Source: Phycisphaerae bacterium (GTDB taxonomy: Bacteria > Planctomycetota > Phycisphaerae > UBA1845 > Fen-1342). Taken from it: a stretch of DNA of 64,000 nt. The translations under genes and the position numbers were made by a program. Numbering within the stretch: the first letter of the stretch is position 1; each line of letters starts with the position of its first letter. The notes under the pieces were generated by a model, which worked only from the letters and a program-made list of their open reading frames with translations, did no database searches and was not told the origin of the DNA. This document shows, in pieces, positions 1-7,969 of the stretch. The stretch is from the NCBI GenBank assembly GCA_963666925.2, contig CAXXTC010000005.1, positions 126,108 to 190,107 on the forward strand. Direction: 5' to 3'.

Positions 1-433
1 GGAACCCAACACCTATTGATATGCCAACGATCAATCCCCCCAACCCCAGGATGGCATTCCAGTCGCCACCGGCCAGCCGCAACAGCGCCCGCCACGGACA
101 ACCCAGGAAGATGAGCGCCCCGATCATAGCAAACATTCCAAGAATGAAACGCACCACTGGTGCGGAGCCTGTTCGCGGCCTGAATTCGCCGAAAATCAGG
201 GCGGCCAGGAACGATCCCAGGCAAAATGCGGGGATTTCGGGCCGGAGATATTGCACGATCGCCGCCCGATGCAGGCCCAGCGCCCCGGCGATATCCCGTG
301 TGAAACAGGCCACGCAAATGCCCATATTGGCGGGATTTCCCCAATATTGAAGGGTGGCGGCCAAGCTCCCAATGATCAGGCCGACCGCAATAATCCCCCC
401 CAATGTGGCAAATAGATCAGTTGGTTTTTTCAT
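1..433 (-). CDS. yedE: YedE-family putative selenium/sulfur metabolism membrane protein (5' part; runs off window start)
   Basis: Not in the ORF track. Manual translation from ATG 433 (AGGAG upstream) gives MKKPTDLF...GNPANMGICVACFTRDIAGALGLHRAAIVQYLRPEI...FLGCPWRALLRLAGGD, matching seleno-YedE family motifs. Confidence 0.85.
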   Translation of the reverse strand, partial: MKKPTDLFATLGGIIAVGLIIGSLAATLQYWGNPANMGICVACFTRDIAGALGLHRAAIVQYLRPEIPAFCLGSFLAALIFGEFRPRTGSAPVVRFILGMFAMIGALIFLGCPWRALLRLAGGDWNAILGLGGLIVGISIGVGF

Positions 434-895
434 GGCGCACCACTCCTGGCTGTTTAGGGTATGAGCAGCGATCAGATGGGAGGAGGGTTGGAGACCGGCG
501 CAGAAGGTCTAGGCGGCGCGGAACGCACCGCTGGCGCGGCAGGCGGAAAATGCCTCGCGACCCTGAACCAGGGTCGACATTCGCAGCACTCATGTTCGTT
601 GCGGCATCATCATGCCGACAGTCTCCAAACACGCGAGGTTGACAAGCTCATCGTCCCGAAGTGTAGCACTTCGCCCGGATGCCCACAACAACGGTCCGAC
701 CGCCCACCAGACCCCCGACAGCCGCATGGGGCGGCACCATTTTTCCGGCGCGCCCCCCTTTCTTTTCGATCCATGCTCCGTACACTATCGGACGAAAGAT
801 GGGAGGAACGGTCGCCTGGCGCGGTGCGCGGCCGGATGACACGGATTGTCGCCCTCCCCCAGCATTACACAACCATCAGGACAGGAGAAGCGGTC

Positions 896-2404
896 ATGAT
901 CAGACAACTATGTCGGAAATCCATACTCGGTATGCTCGTAGTCACCGTGCTGGCCGTTCCGGCGCTGGCCGACGACGCTCGCTCGGACGAGCAGACGGCG
1001 GCCAGACTGGAGGCGCTCATCGCCTCCCAGCAACAGCGCATCGACAACCTCGAACAACAAGCAGCGGCTATGTCGGCCCAGGACCAGGGTACTGTCCGGG
1101 CGGAAGCGATGAAGCAGCAGATTCGCGAAGTGCTCAGCGAAGCTGAGTTCCGTGAGAGCCTGATGCCCTCCACACTCCAGGCGGGCTACGACGACGGCTT
1201 CTTCATCCGCAGCAGCGACAACAACTTCCTGATGAAGTTCTTCGGCCGCATCCAGTTCCGCTACACCTACTATTCGACCCGTAGCGAGAACCATTACCTC
1301 GTCCCCGGCTTCCGGCGCCATGACCGGTCCGGGTTCGATGCTGCCCGCGTACGTTTTGGTGTGCGCGGCCACGCCTACACGCCGGATCTGACTTACTGCC
1401 TGGAGCTCGAGGCTGATGAAGCTGACGGCTACGACTTCGTCCTGAGCGGAATCGAAGTCAACTATCACTTCTGCGACGAGTTCCAGATGACCGCCGGTCT
1501 GATGAAGCTCGCCTCGATGCGTTCCTCAATGACTTCGGATGCCAACCTCCAGTTCGTCGAGCGTCCCATGGTCGACGCGGTCTTTGCCGCCGGCTACGGC
1601 ATCGGTCTACGTTTCTGGGGTCAGCTCTTTGACCAGCGGCTCACCTACTACCTGGATATCGCGAACTCGATGACCAACGGTGAAGGCGCCGGTGCCGGGG
1701 CCACCATCCGCAACGACGAAGTCAACCAGCTCGATGGCAACCCCGCGATCCTCTTCCGCACCGTTTATCACGTTATGGGAGAAGATGCCGACACCTTCGC
1801 GTGCCAGGCTGACCATAATCATTGCCAGGAACCCGGCCTGGACATCGGCTTCCACTACGCCTTCAACGAAGACTACCAGGACGCCATCACCAGCAGCATT
1901 CCCTACCCGCGCAAGACCTTCTTCCGCTCGGGTGGTTTCGGGTTGACCAACTCCAACGGGCTCCAGATCAACCAGTTCGGCTTTGACGCCGCCTTCAAGT
2001 ACATGGGCTTCTCGGCCACCGCCGAGTACGTCCTCCGTATCCTCGACGTGCGTTCCGCCGCCAGCGCGCCGTACTCCCCGCTCTTCCTCGCCACTGGCGA
2101 TGGCTCCACCAACGTCCAGCACGGCGGCTACCTGCAGTGCGGCTACTTCCTGCCGATCCCCGGCATGGAAGACAAGTTTGAGGTGGTCGGTCGCGTCGGT
2201 GGCATCGCTGCGGTCTCCAGCGGCAGCGAATGTGCCTGGGAATACGCCGGCGGCCTCAATTACTACATCAACGGCGATAATCTGAAGCTTCAGACCGATA
2301 TCACGTATGTCGATGAGGCGCCCATCAGTAACAGCCGCTACAGCCTGGCCAACGTCAACGACGATGCCCTCGTCTTCCGCGTCCAGTTGCAACTGGCCTT
2401 CTAG
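896..2404 (+). CDS. Outer-membrane porin, phosphate-selective porin O/P-like, with N-terminal coiled coil
   Basis: AGGAG then ATG 896; signal peptide; coiled coil; AGYDDGFFIRS...GRIQFRY; alternating beta strands; C-terminal QLQLAF. Confidence 0.8.
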   Translation: MIRQLCRKSILGMLVVTVLAVPALADDARSDEQTAARLEALIASQQQRIDNLEQQAAAMSAQDQGTVRAEAMKQQIREVLSEAEFRESLMPSTLQAGYDDGFFIRSSDNNFLMKFFGRIQFRYTYYSTRSENHYLVPGFRRHDRSGFDAARVRFGVRGHAYTPDLTYCLELEADEADGYDFVLSGIEVNYHFCDEFQMTAGLMKLASMRSSMTSDANLQFVERPMVDAVFAAGYGIGLRFWGQLFDQRLTYYLDIANSMTNGEGAGAGATIRNDEVNQLDGNPAILFRTVYHVMGEDADTFACQADHNHCQEPGLDIGFHYAFNEDYQDAITSSIPYPRKTFFRSGGFGLTNSNGLQINQFGFDAAFKYMGFSATAEYVLRILDVRSAASAPYSPLFLATGDGSTNVQHGGYLQCGYFLPIPGMEDKFEVVGRVGGIAAVSSGSECAWEYAGGLNYYINGDNLKLQTDITYVDEAPISNSRYSLANVNDDALVFRVQLQLAF

Positions 2405-2435
2405 CCTCACCGGCTAGCAAGTAGGACGATAATCG

Positions 2436-2471
2436 AACCCCTGGTGGCCCATCCCGGCCGCCAGGGGTTTT
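2436..2471 (+). terminator. Intrinsic terminator after the porin
   Basis: AACCCCTGGTGGCC-loop-GGCCGCCAGGGGTT followed by TT. Confidence 0.65.
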
Positions 2472-2680
2472 GCTTGCGCTGAATCCCCCTACACCCCCTC
2501 CACGGACTGGATTCCACCCCAGGTAGACCGTATAAATATATTCGGATTACGAACTGGCAGTGCCACAATCTGCTGGTATGTCGCATCTGATAGGCGGTTA
2601 TTACCCATGCGCCCATCCACTATCCGAACCGACAGCGCACAGCTTGCCGCCAATCGCCTCACACAAGGAGACCCGAAATC

Positions 2681-3946
2681 ATGATCCCCTGGACGTCCAC
2701 GCTGCTTGCACAAGTAATCGACTTTGACACCGGAAACACTGCTTTTATGCTCCTCGCCACCAGCCTGGTCATGTTGATGACCCCCGGGTTGGCGTTCTTC
2801 TACGGCGGGCTAGTCGGTCGCAAGCACACCCTCACCATCATGATGCAGAGCTTCGTTTCCCTCGGCTGGACCACCATCCTGTGGTTCATCTGCGGCTACT
2901 CGCTCTGCTTCAGCGGCGACATCGGCGGCGTCATCGGCAACCTGAACAACGCTTTTCTACACGGCATCGACCTGCAGACCGTGTTTGCCACCGGCAGCGA
3001 CAAGCCGATTCCCCTGTTCGTCTTCGTCTCCTACCAGATGATGTTCGCCATCATCACCCCCGCACTCATCACCGGCGCCTTCGCCAACCGCGTCAAGTTC
3101 GGCGCCTACCTCATCTTCCTCACGCTCTGGCTGCTGCTGGTCTACTTCCCCTTCGTCCACATGGTCTGGGGCGGCGGGATGCTGGCCGAGTGGGGCGTCC
3201 GCGACTTCGCCGGAGGTATCGTCGTCCACAACACAGCGGGCTTCGCTGCTCTTGCATCGGTCTGGTTCGTCGGGCGCAGGCGCAAAGTCGACCCCGGCCT
3301 GCATAGCATCCCGCTGGTCGCGCTCGGCACCGGCCTGCTGTGGTTCGGCTGGTATGGGTTCAATGCCGGCAGCGAGCTCCAGGTCGACGCCATCACCTGC
3401 CAGGCATTCATCAACACCGACCTGGCCGCTTCCTTCGCGGCCATCGTCTGGTTGATCCTGGCCTGGATGCTCGAACACAAGCCGAAATTCGTCGGTCTGC
3501 TCACCGGTGCGGTCGCCGGCCTGGCCACCATCACGCCCGCCGCCGGCTTCGTCGACGCCTTCTCCGCCTGCATCATCGGCATCATCGCCGGCGCCATCTG
3601 CTACTTCGCCGTCGCCCTGAAGAACAAGCTCGGCTGGGACGACGCGCTCGACGTCTGGGGTGTCCACGGCGTCGGCGGGCTCATCGGCACCATCTGTGTC
3701 GGCCTGTTCGCCTCGATCGCCGTCAACGAATCCGTGGGCGGCGACGGGCTCTTCTACGGCGGTGGCGCGGGTCTGCTGGGCAAGCAACTCGTTGCCGTTG
3801 TAGCCAGCTCCATCTACGCGTTCATCTTCACCCTGATCATGCTCTGGCTGATCAACTTCATCACGCCGGTGCGCGTCACTGAAGCCGACGAAGAAGCCGG
3901 CCTCGACGTCACGCTCCACGGGGAAGCTGCCTACGAAATGCAGTAA
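2681..3946 (+). CDS. amt: Ammonium transporter (Amt family)
   Basis: MTPGLAFFYGG, YQMMFAIITPAL, DFAGGIVVH, WFGWYGFNAGS, DDALDVWGVHG; both conserved His present. Confidence 0.97.
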   Translation: MIPWTSTLLAQVIDFDTGNTAFMLLATSLVMLMTPGLAFFYGGLVGRKHTLTIMMQSFVSLGWTTILWFICGYSLCFSGDIGGVIGNLNNAFLHGIDLQTVFATGSDKPIPLFVFVSYQMMFAIITPALITGAFANRVKFGAYLIFLTLWLLLVYFPFVHMVWGGGMLAEWGVRDFAGGIVVHNTAGFAALASVWFVGRRRKVDPGLHSIPLVALGTGLLWFGWYGFNAGSELQVDAITCQAFINTDLAASFAAIVWLILAWMLEHKPKFVGLLTGAVAGLATITPAAGFVDAFSACIIGIIAGAICYFAVALKNKLGWDDALDVWGVHGVGGLIGTICVGLFASIAVNESVGGDGLFYGGGAGLLGKQLVAVVASSIYAFIFTLIMLWLINFITPVRVTEADEEAGLDVTLHGEAAYEMQ

Positions 3947-3968
3947 CCCCCCGGCATCCGAAAACACC

Positions 3969-4011
3969 GGCGGCCCGCGTGCTCGAACAAGCGCGCGGGC
4001 CGCTGTCTTTC
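3969..4011. terminator. Hairpin terminator between convergent amt and rnc
   Basis: GCGGCCCGCGTGCT...AGCGCGCGGGCCGC stem followed by GTCTTTC; AAAA upstream. Confidence 0.6.
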
Positions 4012-4026
4012 ATTCGCAACAGGCAA

Positions 4027-4746
4027 TCAGGCGGAAACCGCCTCGTCAGGCGACGCGGCGTCCAACACGCCCACGGATTCCAGCGCTAGCTGGGCCGCCT
4101 TCTGCTCCGCATCCTTCTTGCTGGGTCCCCAGGCGCTCGGGAAACGCCGCGGCCCCACGCTGACCGCCACCTCGAAGCATTTCGCGTGGTCCGGCCCCTT
4201 CTCATCGAGCAGCTCATACAACGGCGTGGCACCCATCTCGCGCTGGGCCCACTGCTGCAACTGCGACTTGAAGTTGAAATGATGCTGGGAATCTGTCGCC
4301 GTCCGGATTTCACTGTCCATGTGGTGCAGGATGAAGTCGCGCGCCGGCTCGAGCCCGCCGTCCAGGTAGATCGCCGCGATTACCGCCTCCAGCGTTGCCG
4401 CCGCCAGCGAACGCGGCAAGTGCTCTCCACCCTCCATGCCCTGCCCCAACTGCAAACTGTCAGTCAGCCGCAGCTGCAACGCCACCCGCGCACAGGTCCG
4501 CCGCGAAACCACGACCGACTTGATCTTGGTCATGTCGCCCTCGAGCGCGTCGGGCAGGTTCTCGTAGAGCGTCTGGCAAACGACCAGGCCCAGGACAGCG
4601 TCCCCCAGGAACTCCATCCGCTCGTTGCTCTCGCGGCGGTGGTCGGCACACGACGCGTGACGCAGGGCGTACCGCAACAGGTCACGGTTCTTGAACCGAT
4701 ACGCGATGCGTTCTTCCATCTCGCCAAAGGGACATTCTGCGGGCAT
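4027..4746 (-). CDS. rnc: Ribonuclease III
   Basis: [13 protein letters not shown] signature; C-terminal dsRBD (NFKSQLQ...GPDHAKCF...[10 protein letters not shown]). Confidence 0.97.
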   Translation of the reverse strand: MPAECPFGEMEERIAYRFKNRDLLRYALRHASCADHRRESNERMEFLGDAVLGLVVCQTLYENLPDALEGDMTKIKSVVVSRRTCARVALQLRLTDSLQLGQGMEGGEHLPRSLAAATLEAVIAAIYLDGGLEPARDFILHHMDSEIRTATDSQHHFNFKSQLQQWAQREMGATPLYELLDEKGPDHAKCFEVAVSVGPRRFPSAWGPSKKDAEQKAAQLALESVGVLDAASPDEAVSA

Positions 4747-4998
4747 TTTTCAATCCCCACAGACAGGCTGCGGACGCAAGACGCCCCGGCAGGGCGCGTT
4801 GCGTCGGCCGCCGGCCTGAGGCCAACGTGTACGAGCCTCCAACCCCACTGGTCGCGAGGCGCTAAGCCCTATTGTAACCGATCGACGGGCGAACACAGGC
4901 GACTGTACCGGGTTCGCTCCTGGATTCACGTTGCGGGCGTTATTCTGGGACGCTCCGCCGATCCGCCCGCCCCCGGGGACGCCGGCGCGGACGGCGAT

Positions 4999-5027
4999 TT
5001 GCACGGTTGAGAGCCCGTCGGTATACT
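4999..5027 (+). promoter_or_regulatory. Sigma70-type promoter for the EF-G paralogue
   Basis: TTGCAC-N17-TATACT about 55 bp upstream of ATG 5083. Confidence 0.5.
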
Positions 5028-5082
5028 TTTAGTTTCGATTTTTCGTGGGCAAACGGGTTCGTTACCGACGGAGGCTCCCTAG

Positions 5083-7125
5083 ATGGGACACCCAATCGAC
5101 AAAATTCGCAATGTTGCCCTGGTTGGACACGCCGCTGCGGGCAAAACCACGCTCGGCGAAGCCATTCTGCACCATACCGGGGTCACCACGCGTATCGGCA
5201 GCGTCGACGATGGCTCGACGATGCTGGACTATGATGAGGAGTCGAAGGAGCGGCAGCAGTCGGTCGATTCCAGCGTCTTTCACGTCGAACACGACGGGCA
5301 CTTGCTAAATCTGATCGACACGCCCGGGATGCCCGACTACGTCGGACAGGCCATCGCCGCCCTGACCGGAGCCGACACGGCCGCCGTCGTGGTGTCCGGC
5401 TCGGCCGGCATCGGCGTCAATACCCGGCGCATGTACAACGCGGCCAAGGACTACGGCCTCGCGCGGATGATCATCGTCACGCGCGTCGACGCCGACAACG
5501 TCGACCTGGCAGCCTGCCTGGACGGGATTCGCGAGACCTTCGGGCCGGAATGCCACCCGGTGAACCTGCCCACGGGCGGCGGCCAGGGTGTGATCGACTG
5601 CCTGACTAACGACAGCGGCGACGCGGACGTGCTGGATGTGGCCGAGTGCCACACGGCCCTGCTCGACGCAGTGGTCGAGACCGATGACGAGTTGATGGAG
5701 CAATACATGGAGACCGGGGAAGCCCCGGCCGACAAGCTCGACAGCGCCATCACCGCCGCCGTGGCCAACGGGCAGGTGGTGCCCATCATCTTCACGGCGG
5801 CGCGCAACAGCATGGGCGTCCAGGAACTGCTGGACGCGTTCATCAAGTTCGCCCCGTCGCCGGCATCGGGCCTGAAGCGCAAGCTCGTGGTTGGCGAGGG
5901 CGAGGAAGCGACCGAGACAGTCATCGAGCCCAAGCTGGACGGCGACTTCGTGGCGCAGGTCTTCAAGATCCTGTCGGACCCGAAGAGTAATATCAAGTAT
6001 TCGATCGCGCGGGTGTACAGCGGTACGCTGGGTGGCGATGCACAGGTATTCGTCTCCGGCGATCGCAAGGGGCAGCGGCCGGGACACCTGCTGAAGATGC
6101 GCGGAGCGGACCAGTCGGAGGTGGACGGCGGCAGCGCGGGCGACATCGTCGCGTTCGCCAAGCTGGACTTCAAGATCGGTGACGTTCTGCTGAGCAAGGC
6201 CGGCGAGGGGAATGTCCCGATGCCCAAGATCCCGACGCCGATGTTCGCGTTGGCGATCGAGCCCAAGGCCCGCGGCGACGTGGAGAAGATCAGTGCGGCG
6301 TTGCAGCGTTTTGCCGAGGAAGATCCGTGCTTCGATTATCACCGCGACTCGGAAACGAACGAGCTGGTGATGAACGGCCTGGGCGACCAGCACCTGACGG
6401 TGATCCGCAGCAAGATGAAGCGATACTTCAAGACCGAGGTGGACACCAAGCCCCCGAAGATCCCGTACCGCGAGACGATTTCGGGCTCGGCCAAGTACGT
6501 CAAGTATCGGCACAAGAAGCAGACCGGCGGCGCCGGGCAGTTCGCCGAGGTGGCGATCGACATCGAGCCAAACGAGCGCGGCGGCGGCTACGAGTTCGTC
6601 GACAAGATCTTCGGCGGCGCGATCGACCTGGCCTTTCGCCCGAGCGTGGACAAGGGCGTGCGCGACCAGATGAAGCGCGGCGTGATCGCCGGCTGCCAGG
6701 TGGTCGACGTTAAGGTCTACCTGGTCGACGGCAAGACCCACCCGGTGGACAGCAAGGACATCGCGTTTCAGGTAGCCGGGCGGAACGCGTTCAAGGAAGC
6801 ATTCCGTCAGGCCAAGCCGATCCTGCTGGAGCCGGTGGTCGACCTCGAGGTGACCGTGCCGGCGGATCACATGGGCGAGATCACCCGTGACATCGCGGGC
6901 AAACGTGGCCAGATTCAGGGTCAGGACATGCTGCCGGGGAATCAGGTCTGCATCCGGGCGCAGGTGCCGCTGTCGGAGGTGACGACCTACGCCTCACAGC
7001 TCAAGAGCGTAACGGGTGGACAGGGCTCTTACATGATGGAGTTCAGTCACTACGAAGTCGTGCCGCCCAACGTGCAGCAGCAGATCATGTCGCAGTACAA
7101 GGTCAAGGACGAAGAGGAGGAGTAG
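5083..7125 (+). CDS. fusA: Elongation factor G-like protein (divergent EF-G paralogue)
   Basis: GHAAAGKTT, DTPG, HKKQTGGAGQFA, DGKTHPVDS, LLEPV; full EF-G domain layout; not in the str operon. Confidence 0.9.
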   Translation: MGHPIDKIRNVALVGHAAAGKTTLGEAILHHTGVTTRIGSVDDGSTMLDYDEESKERQQSVDSSVFHVEHDGHLLNLIDTPGMPDYVGQAIAALTGADTAAVVVSGSAGIGVNTRRMYNAAKDYGLARMIIVTRVDADNVDLAACLDGIRETFGPECHPVNLPTGGGQGVIDCLTNDSGDADVLDVAECHTALLDAVVETDDELMEQYMETGEAPADKLDSAITAAVANGQVVPIIFTAARNSMGVQELLDAFIKFAPSPASGLKRKLVVGEGEEATETVIEPKLDGDFVAQVFKILSDPKSNIKYSIARVYSGTLGGDAQVFVSGDRKGQRPGHLLKMRGADQSEVDGGSAGDIVAFAKLDFKIGDVLLSKAGEGNVPMPKIPTPMFALAIEPKARGDVEKISAALQRFAEEDPCFDYHRDSETNELVMNGLGDQHLTVIRSKMKRYFKTEVDTKPPKIPYRETISGSAKYVKYRHKKQTGGAGQFAEVAIDIEPNERGGGYEFVDKIFGGAIDLAFRPSVDKGVRDQMKRGVIAGCQVVDVKVYLVDGKTHPVDSKDIAFQVAGRNAFKEAFRQAKPILLEPVVDLEVTVPADHMGEITRDIAGKRGQIQGQDMLPGNQVCIRAQVPLSEVTTYASQLKSVTGGQGSYMMEFSHYEVVPPNVQQQIMSQYKVKDEEEE

Positions 7126-7174
7126 CGCTCGGCAGCGCGGGGGCGACAGCAAGAGCGCACTTCCGGAAAACACC

Positions 7175-7220
7175 AACAACCAGCGCGTCGCCAGAACAGG
7201 TGACACGCTGGTTGTTTTTT
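7175..7220. terminator. Bidirectional terminator between the EF-G paralogue and the RRM gene
   Basis: AACAACCAGCGCGTCGCC-loop-GGTGACACGCTGGTTGTT followed by TTTT. Confidence 0.75.
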
Positions 7221-7252
7221 GGGGTGCCTGCGTAAGTGGTGGGGCTGATAGC

Positions 7253-7570
7253 CTAGTAGTCGTCGCGGCCGCCGCGGCCGCCGCCGTACCCACCCCGGCC
7301 ACCGCCGCCACCGCCGCGGTTTTCGCGAGCCCGGGCAACACTGACGGTAAGGACACGACCATCGTGCTGCTGCCCATTGAGGGCGTCGATGGCAGCTTGA
7401 GCCTGCTCATCGGTTTCCATTTCCACAAAACCGAAGCCCTTGCTCCGGCCGCTGTCCCGATCGGCAATAACCTGAGCACTGACGACGGTTCCGTGCTCAG
7501 AGAAGATCTGTTCGAGCGCAGCACTGTCTACCTGATACTTGAGATTACCCACGTACAACCTTCGGCCCAT
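7253..7570 (-). CDS. RRM RNA-binding protein with Gly/Arg-rich tail
   Basis: RNP2 LYVGNL, RNP1 KGFGFVEM, GGGGRGGYGG tail; AGGAG upstream of ATG 7570. Confidence 0.95.
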   Translation of the reverse strand: MGRRLYVGNLKYQVDSAALEQIFSEHGTVVSAQVIADRDSGRSKGFGFVEMETDEQAQAAIDALNGQQHDGRVLTVSVARARENRGGGGGGRGGYGGGRGGRDDY

Positions 7571-7747
7571 CTTCGTTCTCCTGGGTCCGTGCGAGCTGGG
7601 CCACTGTCTAGTTCCTTCGGGCCCTGGTAAAGGGGTCGAACAATCGACCAAAGCGGCAAGGCGAACGAGAGAGGCATTCAGGTGCGGAGTGGAGCAATCG
7701 TTCCCGTGTCGTACCTGGACCTGATCGTCAAACCAGCCGGCCCCGTG

Positions 7748-7776
7748 AATATAGCCTGCTGATGGGGGTCTGTAAA
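7748..7776 (-). promoter_or_regulatory. Sigma70-type promoter for the RRM gene
   Basis: Minus-strand TTTACA-N17-TATATT. Confidence 0.5.
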
Positions 7777-7969
7777 TGGAATCGACGACCGGCGACACCG
7801 GGCGAATGGGGGCGTTGTGACCTCCGGGAGCAGGCACGGCGGCGTCTTGGCGTAACCACATCTGCAACAGAAACCCCGCCGGCCGCTACCGCCCCAAGTA
7901 ATTCGAGCGGTCACAGCCGACGGGGGCCACGTATTCTACCACTACCCGCACGAGGGCGGGAAACTGCCG

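Noticed and set aside
461..895. 145-aa N-terminal extension of the porin ORF
   Set aside because: Low-complexity intergenic read-through; the RBS and signal peptide point to ATG 896.
2550..2590. Sigma54 promoter upstream of amt
   Set aside because: TGGCA is present but there is no GC at the required -12 spacing.
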